Below are positions 47,660 through 57,012 of a stretch of DNA of 64,000 nucleotides, piece by piece; the first letter of the stretch is position 1; every line of letters starts with the position of its first letter. Position numbers and translations under genes: made by a program. Source of the DNA: an uncultured Verrucomicrobiae bacterium (GTDB taxonomy: Bacteria; Verrucomicrobiota; Verrucomicrobiia; Chthoniobacterales; JAFAMB01). The notes under the pieces are model-generated. The model worked only from the letters and a program-made list of their open reading frames with translations, was not told where the DNA came from and made no database searches. Location of the stretch: contig CAWIPH010000002.1 of the NCBI GenBank assembly GCA_963837955.1, positions 3,712,001 to 3,776,000 on the forward strand, read 5' to 3'.

Positions 47660-47777
47660 AGACTTTTTCCTCGTACACCAGAGGATCCAGAGATCGAAGC
47701 GCGTCGCCGCAGGTTCGTCGAGCGAATTCGGCCTTGCTCTTTTCTGCCAGATGCATTCTTACTACGGCCGCAAGCTT

Positions 47778-48521
47778 ATGTACTCGCTTCAATCGTCCTT
47801 CCGGTTCCAGGCTAAATCATCATTGCTGGCTGCATCGCTTGCGCTGGCCCTGCCTACGATGCTGCATGCTCAGGATGCCAAATCCAAATTGAAGTCGCCG
47901 ATCACGGATCCGACAGCCAGTAATCCCTCTCCCACTACCTCAGGGAAATCCGGAAAGGCGCAGAGCTCTCCTGACAAAAGAATGCTCGAGGCGGCCCAAC
48001 AATCGCTGGCCGACGCGGGAAACAAGGTTTTGAACCGAATCCAAACCGAGGAGTCCGAGGTGCATACGCGTTTGGGCTACTTTCAAAAATCGGATCGACT
48101 CGATCCAAGCACCTATAAATCGGTCGAGGAGGTTGCGCAGTGGCGAACACTGCTTGCCGAGCTCAAGCAACGGGCTGACTCGGTAGCCGATCTATACAAT
48201 AACCTCGGGAAATATCTCGATATCTCCTTGCGAAATGCCAAGGTGAATGAGCAAATTACTGCCCGTTTCAAAGAGGAAGTCATAAACGGCTTTCCTTGGG
48301 ATACCATCCACAAAAAGTCGACCTTGATGACTGAGTACATCAACGATCACGGGAAACTCCTCGATTTCTATGAGAAAAATTGGGGAAATTGGAAAACAGC
48401 AAGTGGCACGGTGGTTTTCCAAGATGCCAATCTTGCCGTGACTTTTCAGAAGTTACGCGATCAGATCATCGCCGCGGGCAAGGAATTGGATCTACAATAC
48501 AAAGCCATGTCCGAGGAATAG
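47778..48521 (+). CDS. Exported helical protein, paralog 1
   Basis: Signal peptide; clear similarity to the next ORF. Confidence 0.85.
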   Translation: MYSLQSSFRFQAKSSLLAASLALALPTMLHAQDAKSKLKSPITDPTASNPSPTTSGKSGKAQSSPDKRMLEAAQQSLADAGNKVLNRIQTEESEVHTRLGYFQKSDRLDPSTYKSVEEVAQWRTLLAELKQRADSVADLYNNLGKYLDISLRNAKVNEQITARFKEEVINGFPWDTIHKKSTLMTEYINDHGKLLDFYEKNWGNWKTASGTVVFQDANLAVTFQKLRDQIIAAGKELDLQYKAMSEE

Positions 48522-48551
48522 AGTTACCCGTTTCCCCAATAAAACCATTTC

Positions 48552-49277
48552 ATGAAGTACCCAGTCTCAGCTCTTTACTTTGCCACTCTCCTATTCACCG
48601 CCCCGATCACGTTCGGCCAAACGCAGACTCCGAGTTCGACACCGACCGGACCGAAGCCCCGATCGTCGGCTTCAGACAATCCAAGCGCTTCTCCCAATCC
48701 CTCCGATCCTCGCTTTCAGAAAGGCTATCGGGATGCTGTACAAATTCTAAGAGAACGGATAGGTGCGGCGACCGACACCGTGATGGTCCGGATCACGAAC
48801 CAGGAGAAAGATGTACGGAATCGGTTTGCTTATTTCCAGAAGCCGGAACGCTTGGATCCGAACAGTTTTTCGACCAAAGAAGAAATCGACCCCTGGCGAA
48901 CCCTGCTGGACGACTTCAAACAGAGCAAAGATCTGGCGGCTAAGCTTTATCTCAGCGCGGATACGGACCTGGACAACGCCCTAACCAATCAACATCTCAC
49001 GCAGAAGATTGCGGACCCGGTACGAAAGGAACTGATCTCCACGTTTCCTTGGGAAAGCATCCACAAAAGGAATCAGTTGCTACAGAACTACATCGACGAG
49101 CACCGGTCATTGTTAGATTTTTTCGCAGACAACTGGGGGACTTGGAGCAAAGGCCCCGCCATCGGAAAACCGGTTTTCGCAGATTCCAAACTGGCGACGA
49201 GCTACCAAGGTATCCGAGACAAAGTCGCGGCGCTCGGGAAACAAATTGAGGATTTGAACGCGAAGATATTGCAGTGA
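48552..49277 (+). CDS. Exported helical protein, paralog 2
   Basis: Shared YFQK..RLDP, FPW..IHK, LLDF...NWG.W. Confidence 0.85.
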   Translation: MKYPVSALYFATLLFTAPITFGQTQTPSSTPTGPKPRSSASDNPSASPNPSDPRFQKGYRDAVQILRERIGAATDTVMVRITNQEKDVRNRFAYFQKPERLDPNSFSTKEEIDPWRTLLDDFKQSKDLAAKLYLSADTDLDNALTNQHLTQKIADPVRKELISTFPWESIHKRNQLLQNYIDEHRSLLDFFADNWGTWSKGPAIGKPVFADSKLATSYQGIRDKVAALGKQIEDLNAKILQ

Positions 49278-49284
49278 GGAGCGC

Positions 49285-49510
49285 CCGGGAACGCCGAGAA
49301 CGCCGGGAGCGCCGACAACGGTAAACGGTGAACTGTGAGAGGGAGAACGCGGGAATGTCCTCGATTCGGCTTAGCGGGAGCCTTGCCTACCGTTTTGCGT
49401 CTCCCGCATTCGGTATTCCCGCCTACCTCTCACCTTTCACAGGTCACTTTTCACCTCTCATCGTTCCCGGCGTTGTCGGCGTTCCGGCGTTCCCGGCGTT
49501 CCCGGCGTTC
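49285..49510. repeat. Inverted arrays of 9-mer (AACGCCGRS) and 7-mer units
   Basis: Forward units at about 49289-49320, reverse units at about 49462-49510. Confidence 0.85.
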
Positions 49511-50028
49511 TCCTTCGGCAACGGTGAGTCACTCAGCGGATAAAGAAAACAGGTCGTGGTGCCGTGCGCATACAGCTTGCCCTCACTATCTACCAATCTA
49601 CCTTCCGCCGTAGCTGTACGAGTTCCGAGATGAACCGCATGTCCGATCGCCCGCAATGGTCCGGTCTGCGCGGTTACCGGCTTCACGAAGTTCACTTTCG
49701 TTTCGATGCTCGTGTACCCCACACCGGAACTTAGCGTCGTATAGACAGCCACTCCCATGCACGTGTCCAAAAGCGTCATAGCGTAACCGCCGTGGGCAAT
49801 CCCCATCGTATTGTAAAATTTTTCACTCGGAGTGCTTACCACAGTCACTTTGCCGAATTCGATATCCGTTAACTCAAATGGAATGACTTCGCTGATCGGC
49901 GCCTTGGGGAGCAGACCATTCTTCACGCGATGCAAAACCTCCAAGCCGCTGTAGCGTTCCATGACCTCAACTGGAATGAAACCAGTCTGCCGTTTAACGG
50001 AGGACCCCAGGTCGACATTTCTATCCAT
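49444..50028 (-). CDS. PaaI family thioesterase
   Basis: YN.MG.AHGG...LLD; the C-terminus runs into the repeat. Confidence 0.9.
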   Translation of the reverse strand: MDRNVDLGSSVKRQTGFIPVEVMERYSGLEVLHRVKNGLLPKAPISEVIPFELTDIEFGKVTVVSTPSEKFYNTMGIAHGGYAMTLLDTCMGVAVYTTLSSGVGYTSIETKVNFVKPVTAQTGPLRAIGHAVHLGTRTATAEGRLVDSEGKLYAHGTTTCFLYPLSDSPLPKENAGNAGNAGTPTTPGTMRGEK

Positions 50029-50117
50029 AGCGCTAAAGGGAGCGCAGCCGATCGTCGGGTTCAAGCAATACACAATTTCTGCTCGTCAACATCGCGCTCT
50101 CCGGCGATGTTGTTTTC

Positions 50118-50738
50118 ATGTCGGCGACAGCGCATGTTCCCCCAAATCCCACCGTCGAGCGCCCCGGATTTTTCCTCAACGGCGCTCTAGTAGCCATCAT
50201 AGAAATTGTTCTAGTTCTTGGAGCCCTATTATTGATCTTGTTCCAGGCGCTCGGACGGCTCGCCGGCTCAAACACTGGAGCTGCGCCACTTGGGCTTCTG
50301 CCGGGACTCGCCTTACTTTTGGTGGCACTTTTAGTCCTGCGCGGGTTTCGATTGATGCGCCGAGATCAGGCCCTAGTGCTTTTTTCTGGCGACAAATATC
50401 TGGGTACGATTCGGGGCGGCGGTCTATTCTGGACCAATCCATTCGTCAGCCGGCGCAAACTTTCTCTACAAACCCAGCAGTCGACCGTACAGCACGCGTT
50501 CGATGGAAGCCGTTCCCTCACTGCAAATGTAATTTGGCAGGTGACAGACACGGCGAAAGCCTTGCAACTTTTTGACCACTACGATCAAGCGGTCGGGCAA
50601 ACGATTGATCAAGCGCTCGCGGAGACAAACGGAAACGATGATCTCGATCGCTTTAAGAATTCTCTTGAGCAGCATCTCAGCCGCATTGGAGCATCTGCTC
50701 GGCGAGTTGAACTGCGGAGCGGTCGCATTGCGCTTTAG
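50118..50738 (+). CDS. SPFH/band-7-like membrane protein (divergent)
   Basis: Y.GT...GLFWTNPF, WQVTDTAKA. Confidence 0.7.
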   Translation: MSATAHVPPNPTVERPGFFLNGALVAIIEIVLVLGALLLILFQALGRLAGSNTGAAPLGLLPGLALLLVALLVLRGFRLMRRDQALVLFSGDKYLGTIRGGGLFWTNPFVSRRKLSLQTQQSTVQHAFDGSRSLTANVIWQVTDTAKALQLFDHYDQAVGQTIDQALAETNGNDDLDRFKNSLEQHLSRIGASARRVELRSGRIAL

Positions 50739-51006
50739 GCGCTTTCTGCGGCTCCAACCCGCGGTGCGGGTGTTTTTCCGAGTGGGCGCTCTGATCTAGC
50801 GTCTTATGAGGGGGAGGGCGCACGTCCTTGTGCGCCGCGGATCGCGAGGACGCGATCCCTCCCCGCCCTGGGTTTTAACCCCGAGTGCACCGCGGATCGC
50901 GAGGATCCGAAGTCGCAGAAGCACACGGCCGTTGAGCGTAATGCATCAAAGCTATGTCGGACAGGCTGCGATCCCTCCCCGCTAATCGCTATTGGCTATA
51001 GATCCG

Positions 51007-51023
51007 TTGGCATGCGCTCTGCT
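51007..51023 (+). promoter_or_regulatory. Sigma54 -24/-12 promoter
   Basis: TTGGCATGCGCTCTGCT (GG-N10-GC), 32 bp before the ATG. Confidence 0.7.
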
Positions 51024-51055
51024 GATGAGCACTCATCCGAAACGGAGAAAAGGAC

Positions 51056-52072
51056 ATGTTAGTGACACAACAACCGGTTTTTAGAAAGTTCTGGTATCCC
51101 ATAATGCCCATGTCTCATCTCGAGACTGGTCCAAAATCGTTCACACTGCTAGGTCATAACATCGTCCTTTGGAAAGACGCGGGTGGAGCGCCCGCGGCCG
51201 TCATCGATCGCTGTTCCCATCGAACCGCTAAGCTCTCGAAAGGGTGGATTAGCGATGGCGACATCGTTTGTCCTTATCACGGATGGGCTTACAATCGGAC
51301 CGGAGCTTGTACTCGGGTACCCCAAGTGGGCGATACAACATACCCGGACGGAATTTCGGCGGCAGCGTACCATTGCCAGGAAAAGTATGACTATGCCTGG
51401 GTCTGTTTGGAAGAGCCGCTGGCACCAATTCCAGAATTCGAAGAGGAGGGAGATCTGAAATTTCGCAAGATTCACGAGTTTTACGAGATCTGGCGATGCG
51501 CTGGACTGCGCGTCATGGAAAACTCGTTCGACAATGCCCATTTTAGCTTCGTCCACCAAAAATCTTTTGGTCGGATTGATCACCCGGAACCGAGCTCGCT
51601 CACCCTAACCGAAATCGAGGGGGGCTTTCTGATGCACACCGTCGTTCCGGTTAAGAATCCTGACATTCAGAAGAAGGTCCTGCAGATGGAGGAAAGCGAG
51701 ACGGTGCGGAATATGAACAGCCGCTGGTGGCTGCCGTTCGTTCGCAAACTCAAGATCACCTACCCGAATGGATTGGTCCACAGCATCGTTACAGCCGCCA
51801 CTCCGATCGATGATCGCAACAGTTACATCGTTCAATTTGCCTACCGAAGCGATACCGAAGAACAAGCCGCGGCGAAAGACATCATCGCGTTTGATCGGCA
51901 GGTAACGAACGAAGACCGCGAGATACTCGAATCGACCGATTTCGACGTCAGCGTTGATCTTAGTCGCCGGATTGAAGAGCACATGGCGGTAGATCGACCG
52001 GGCCTGGTGATGCGCAAACAATTGATGAAACTGTTTACGGAGCACGGGGAAACAGATGTCGCGCTCAACTGA
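51056..52072 (+). CDS. Rieske non-heme iron oxygenase (purine/methylxanthine-type)
   Basis: CSH...CPYHG; ENSFDNAHFSFVH. Confidence 0.92.
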   Translation: MLVTQQPVFRKFWYPIMPMSHLETGPKSFTLLGHNIVLWKDAGGAPAAVIDRCSHRTAKLSKGWISDGDIVCPYHGWAYNRTGACTRVPQVGDTTYPDGISAAAYHCQEKYDYAWVCLEEPLAPIPEFEEEGDLKFRKIHEFYEIWRCAGLRVMENSFDNAHFSFVHQKSFGRIDHPEPSSLTLTEIEGGFLMHTVVPVKNPDIQKKVLQMEESETVRNMNSRWWLPFVRKLKITYPNGLVHSIVTAATPIDDRNSYIVQFAYRSDTEEQAAAKDIIAFDRQVTNEDREILESTDFDVSVDLSRRIEEHMAVDRPGLVMRKQLMKLFTEHGETDVALN

Positions 52073-53084
52073 CGGTCGGAGGAACGCAGCCGTCCGTTTT
52101 TACCTCTGTCTTCTCGGTTCTTTTTTTCTAGCTCTGGGGAAAACGGATGGAGCTGATCTACCAAAAATACGGTTTGTCACTCATTGGTATGCGCAACCCG
52201 AAGACGGCGGGTTCTACACCGCTGCTCTCCGTGGCTATTGGCGGGAGGAAGGTATTGAGGTCGAAATTGTTCAAGGCGGTCCGAATTCCGAAATCGAAAA
52301 GCACGTCAGCGTCGAGCCGAATACGCTTGGTATCGCCCGAGGAGAGCAAGTCTTGGTTGCAGTCGCACACGGTTTGCCGCTGACCGCGATTGAAAATTTT
52401 TTCCAGCACGATCCTCAAGGAATCATGGTGCGCGCGGACTCGCCGGTCCATTCTTTCGCGGACCTCAACGGCAAAACGATTGCGGTAACGCCGGGAGTCA
52501 TTTTCATGCAATTCCTGGCCAAGAAATATCACTTGGACCGCGCGCGCACGGTTCCTTATGCGGGCACAGTCGCCAATTTTTTGCAGAACGCCGACTATAT
52601 TCAGCAAGCTTTCCCAACTAGTGAGCCGTTCTATGCAGCGCGGGGAGGCGTTCAGACCCGAATGCTAATGATCTACGAGAGCGGCTTCGATCCATATCGC
52701 TGCGTGGTCGCCAACGACCGGTTGCTCAGTGAGCATCCGGATTGGCTGCGGGCCTTCAATCGCGCCGCCTATCGTGGATGGATCGAATTTTTTCACGATC
52801 CGCAGCCGGCCTTAGCCGAAATCCAAAAGGAAAATCCGCTTCTTGACGCAGAAGGTATTCGCTTCGGGTTCGAGGAGCTGAAGAAATACCGCTTCATTCC
52901 AGGGTTTCCGGAAAGAGGAGAGTCATTCGGTAAAGTGGACGCCCAGAGATGGGACGCTTTGGGAAAGCAACTGGTAGAGATGGGGCTGATCTCGGAACTG
53001 CCGGATCTGTCGAAGGTATATACCGATCGTTTCACGCCGGATCGGGTCGGGATCGCCGAAGACCAATATCGGAGCGTCTTTTGA
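52056..53084 (+). CDS. NMT1/THI5-like ABC substrate-binding protein
   Basis: WYAQPEDGGFY, QGGP. Confidence 0.9.
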   Translation: MSRSTDGRRNAAVRFYLCLLGSFFLALGKTDGADLPKIRFVTHWYAQPEDGGFYTAALRGYWREEGIEVEIVQGGPNSEIEKHVSVEPNTLGIARGEQVLVAVAHGLPLTAIENFFQHDPQGIMVRADSPVHSFADLNGKTIAVTPGVIFMQFLAKKYHLDRARTVPYAGTVANFLQNADYIQQAFPTSEPFYAARGGVQTRMLMIYESGFDPYRCVVANDRLLSEHPDWLRAFNRAAYRGWIEFFHDPQPALAEIQKENPLLDAEGIRFGFEELKKYRFIPGFPERGESFGKVDAQRWDALGKQLVEMGLISELPDLSKVYTDRFTPDRVGIAEDQYRSVF

Positions 53085-54448
53085 GGGTCTCATCTAGTCC
53101 CGAGACTCTGATAGTCAGGAATATCGGATTTCTGGTTACGATGGATCCGAGCCGATCGATCCTGCGGAACGGATATGTCGTCGCGCGGGATGGATGGATT
53201 ACCGATTTGGGAACCGGCGATCCCGCGTTCCCGCCCGGCGCCAGGATCGTGGATGCGAAGGGCGGGATCGTGCTGCCGGGTTTGATCAATACGCATCATC
53301 ACATGCTCCAATCGCTGGTGCGAGCGTATCCGCCCGGATCCGATCAGCCTTTATACGGATGGCTGAAACACCTGGCTCCGTTGTGGTGGCAAGCCACACC
53401 GGAACACCTCTTTTGGGCTGCTCAGGTGGCGATGGCCGAGCTGATGCTTTCCGGCTGCACTCTGACCGTCGATCATCATTATGTTTTTACCGGTGGAAAC
53501 TTGGATTGGATGGATCGCCTGTTCGAATCTGCAACGCTCCTCGGAATCCGTCTGCACGCTGCTCGCGGTGCGATGGATACCGGCTCCGAGATTTACGCGG
53601 ATTGGGCCATCCAGCCTATCGGTGAGATTCTAAACGATTTCGACCGCGTCGCTGCTATCTACGACGATCCTGCCGCCGGAAGTTTCAGACGCGTGGCGCT
53701 CGCTCCCACCGCCATTCTTTCGGCATCGAGTCACCTCTATCGAGAAGCGGCTCGATACGCCGAAGCCCACCACTTACGGTTGCACACGCACTGCGGCGAG
53801 ACTCCAGCGGAGATCGAACGGACCAAAGCATTGTTCGGGTTGCGACCGATCGAAGTCTTATTTGAGGCGGGTTGGGAAACAGACCGCGTCTGGGTTGCTC
53901 ACGGTATCCACTTTAGTGATCCCGAGATAACACGGATCGGATCAGCCGGGATCGGTATCGCTCATTGCCCCTGCTCGAATATGCGCTTGGGTTCTGGAAT
54001 CTGCCCAGTCGACAAGCTTTTCGCAGCTGGAGCTCGAGTTAGCTTGGGGGTCGACGGAAGCGCCTCCAACGATTCCGGGCACCTTCTGGCTGAGGCTCGC
54101 CAGGCGCTTTTGTTAGCGAGGGTAGCTCGGGGCGCTGGCGCCATGAAGGTGCAAAAAGCGCTGGAATTAGCTACGATCGAGGGGGCGGCCTGTTTAGGGC
54201 GGTCGGCCGATCTTGGAACCATCGAAAAAGGAAAGTGCGCCGACCTGGCTATCTTCCCGGAGGTTGATCTTTTCAGTTCCGGCGCCGTGGATCCGATTCA
54301 AGGGCTCGTTCTATGCTTCCCTCGCAAAGTCGAGACACTGATCATCCATGGCAAGGTTCGAGTGGACGCCGGACAAATCGTGGGATTCGACCTCGAATCG
54401 GTTCTGGAGAAACAGCGAGCAATTGCAGCAAAATTTGTTGATGGGTAG
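53081..54448 (+). CDS. 8-oxoguanine deaminase-like amidohydrolase
   Basis: INTHHH, HTHCGE, AHG, HCPCSNMRL, GVDGSASND. Confidence 0.9.
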   Translation: MRVSSSPETLIVRNIGFLVTMDPSRSILRNGYVVARDGWITDLGTGDPAFPPGARIVDAKGGIVLPGLINTHHHMLQSLVRAYPPGSDQPLYGWLKHLAPLWWQATPEHLFWAAQVAMAELMLSGCTLTVDHHYVFTGGNLDWMDRLFESATLLGIRLHAARGAMDTGSEIYADWAIQPIGEILNDFDRVAAIYDDPAAGSFRRVALAPTAILSASSHLYREAARYAEAHHLRLHTHCGETPAEIERTKALFGLRPIEVLFEAGWETDRVWVAHGIHFSDPEITRIGSAGIGIAHCPCSNMRLGSGICPVDKLFAAGARVSLGVDGSASNDSGHLLAEARQALLLARVARGAGAMKVQKALELATIEGAACLGRSADLGTIEKGKCADLAIFPEVDLFSSGAVDPIQGLVLCFPRKVETLIIHGKVRVDAGQIVGFDLESVLEKQRAIAAKFVDG

Positions 54449-54588
54449 GGCGAAAGCCTGATTCGGCGCAACGCCGAATCGGCTTGAGCCGTGCATGTTT
54501 AAATCGCTCGTTCGCCAGTGGATTGAGGGCCGTATCGCACGCGGCTCAAGCCGGTACGGCTGATACCGCCCCAGGCTTTCGCCCTACC
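54444..54588. repeat. GTAG-type REP doublet
   Basis: GGTAGGGCGAAAGCCTG / CAGGCTTTCGCCCTACC perfect inverted repeat. Confidence 0.8.
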
Positions 54589-54601
54589 GCCGCACGCGTC
54601 G

Positions 54602-55132
54602 TCAGTCGAGATTATACCACTTGCGCAGTTCTTTCTTTTTTTGTGACGAATAGGAAACGGCTTGATCGAGAACCGATACCTGATTGTTCAGATCGGTAAT
54701 CGTGACCCGAAAAATTCGGGAGCTGGTGGCATCGTTATAAAGCCAGGGGATCGCGGCCGCGTTCGGTTCAATCGCGCCGCTAAAGCCGCTCCATTGGCCA
54801 GCGTTGACCTGGGGAGCTTGGTCGGCAATATAGGAAATTGAATTCCCGTCAGTAACATCTTCCACCCGAACACTTCGGAGCTCCACCGGCTGTTTGACGC
54901 GCACAGCAAAACTCCAACGTAGATAATGTTGGCCATCCAGAATGATGGCTCCCAACTCCGCGGTCGTGACCGCGTACCGATCGTTCTGAGCCGGAGCAAA
55001 TTTTCCTCCAGCTCGATTTGATGGGACCGTGCTGCCACCGGCAACCGGTCCTTGTACGCTACTCGACTCCGATCCACAACTCGCCAGAAACGTCAGTCCC
55101 ACTCCGATTGCGACTCGCACCATGTGCTTCAT
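54602..55132 (-). CDS. Lipoprotein
   Basis: LASC lipobox. Confidence 0.8.
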   Translation of the reverse strand: MKHMVRVAIGVGLTFLASCGSESSSVQGPVAGGSTVPSNRAGGKFAPAQNDRYAVTTAELGAIILDGQHYLRWSFAVRVKQPVELRSVRVEDVTDGNSISYIADQAPQVNAGQWSGFSGAIEPNAAAIPWLYNDATSSRIFRVTITDLNNQVSVLDQAVSYSSQKKKELRKWYNLD

Positions 55133-55161
55133 CAGCCTTTGCTTCCTTGCTTCTTAGATAG

Positions 55162-55956
55162 TTACGAGGTCTTTGCGGTTCCAAAAATCTCCTGGAAAAA
55201 CAATTGCATTTGGTTCCAGGCCCGTTGAGCGACAGCGGCGTTATAGCTGATTCCTTCTAAATGGAATTTATCCGCATCCGGGTTCATGAAGCCGTGCATC
55301 GCACCGGAATAAGCAAGGAACTGAAAATCAATTTTCCCTTGATCAAGCGACTTAATGAATGCGAGCCGCTGATCCAAGTCGACGTGGGGGTCAAGCTCAC
55401 CCTGTAGGACTAAGAATTTCGCGTGTGTCTTCGCGGCAGCATCGGCCGGAAGCGGCACCAACGCTCCGTGAAAACTGACGATCCCTTTAAGTGGCGCCCC
55501 GCTGTAAGCTAACACCTGGCAGGCCGCGCCACCGAAACAGAAACCGATGGCGGCGAGCTTAGACTCGTCAACTAACCCCGAACCGGTGAGCTGATCCAAA
55601 GCCGCCTTCGCTCGTTCCACCATGAGAGGTTTCCCATAAAAAGGAGTGGAGAGCTCCTTCGCTTTATCCGGATCAGTCGTTGATTGACCGTCTCCGTACA
55701 TGTCCGCCGCAAAAGCGACGTACCCAAGCTTGGCCAAGGCTTCAGCTCGGCCTCGTACAAAATCGTTCAAACCCCACCATTCCGGTACCACCAGGACACC
55801 GGGCAATTTCTTTCCTTCGGTTTGAGCGTCGTCATAGGCCAAATAACCGAGTAGATGAGCGCCTCCCTGATCGTAAGCGACCGTCTTTGTTACAATCTTC
55901 GCCTGAGCGCCGACCAAGCAAGCCAACAGCGAGAGCCCGAGAAAGGCAGATTTCAT
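55162..55956 (-). CDS. Dienelactone hydrolase family protein
   Basis: EWWG, GFCFGG, HGF. Confidence 0.95.
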   Translation of the reverse strand: MKSAFLGLSLLACLVGAQAKIVTKTVAYDQGGAHLLGYLAYDDAQTEGKKLPGVLVVPEWWGLNDFVRGRAEALAKLGYVAFAADMYGDGQSTTDPDKAKELSTPFYGKPLMVERAKAALDQLTGSGLVDESKLAAIGFCFGGAACQVLAYSGAPLKGIVSFHGALVPLPADAAAKTHAKFLVLQGELDPHVDLDQRLAFIKSLDQGKIDFQFLAYSGAMHGFMNPDADKFHLEGISYNAAVAQRAWNQMQLFFQEIFGTAKTS

Positions 55957-56120
55957 AGGTGCCGCCTAATCAGGGTTAGCTTCGCCGTCAAGGTAGTTTT
56001 TGCGCCGCCCGCTTTAACTGACCCGGAATCCGGACGAGGATCCTCAGGCAAAGCCGGTGGACCCTTCGTCCTCGAAATCCGTAGCGGGTAGGGCTCCCGA
56101 CTACGCCGCGCTGTTACTGA

Positions 56121-56807
56121 TTAAGAGCTAACCAAACTGGAGGCCAGATTGATGGCCAGCGCCAGGATGACAGTATTGAACAAAAACGAGAGCATCGCGT
56201 GCAAGAGCGAAAGGCGCCTTATCAGTTTCGAGGTAATAGAGACATCCGACACCTGGAAGGTCATCCCGATCACGAACGAGAAATAGGCGAAATCAAGAAA
56301 ATCAGGTTCGTCGTCTTCGTCACCCGGAAAATTCACGCCCGCGCCATGCTTACCGCCCTCGTCAGGATCCACGCTCCGGTAATAAGCATGGGTGTAGTGC
56401 ATCGTAAACATGGTGTGAATCAGAAACCAGGAACAGACGACGGTGAGAGCTGCCAAACCGACATGTTCGGCCAGCCGCGTACCGGCCGTCCCTTTCGCGG
56501 TTCCTAGTAAGAACGCGACGGCGAAAAGGCTGGCGCAAGCACCGACCAGGACGAGGCTCAATATCACCGCTCGTCCCGTGTCCTGGAGCTTTGCCGTTAA
56601 AACTGCGCACTTGGCATCCGCGAAAACAATCCGGAGCCAGGCAAGCAAGATCGCGGTAATGGCAAAGGCATTCCACGAGAGGATCAGCTGCAGAGGTAAC
56701 CGATGCAGCGTCAGGGTTAACAGGAAAACGATGACGCCAACCGCGAGTGAAATGAGTACTCTTTGATGAGCATCAAAGTTATTGAAGAAATCTTGAATCT
56801 TTGCCAT
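56121..56807 (-). CDS. DUF1345 membrane protein
   Basis: DFAYFSFVIGMTFQVSD. Confidence 0.93.
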   Translation of the reverse strand: MAKIQDFFNNFDAHQRVLISLAVGVIVFLLTLTLHRLPLQLILSWNAFAITAILLAWLRIVFADAKCAVLTAKLQDTGRAVILSLVLVGACASLFAVAFLLGTAKGTAGTRLAEHVGLAALTVVCSWFLIHTMFTMHYTHAYYRSVDPDEGGKHGAGVNFPGDEDDEPDFLDFAYFSFVIGMTFQVSDVSITSKLIRRLSLLHAMLSFLFNTVILALAINLASSLVSS

Positions 56808-57012
56808 CAGGGGAATAGCGGGTTCAAAGAGCCGCTCGGTTGCAGATTCTTTTCCTCAAACGAAAGAGCGGCAAGTAGTAAAAAGCGAAACTGTACGATC
56901 CTGAGCTGTTGCTCTGTCACTGAACGACAGCGTTTGTAACAGAGTTGTCACCTTTTAAGGTTTGCTATCCAGAGGAGATATCTTCTTTCCTCGAGGTGTC
57001 TTCCCAAACTTT

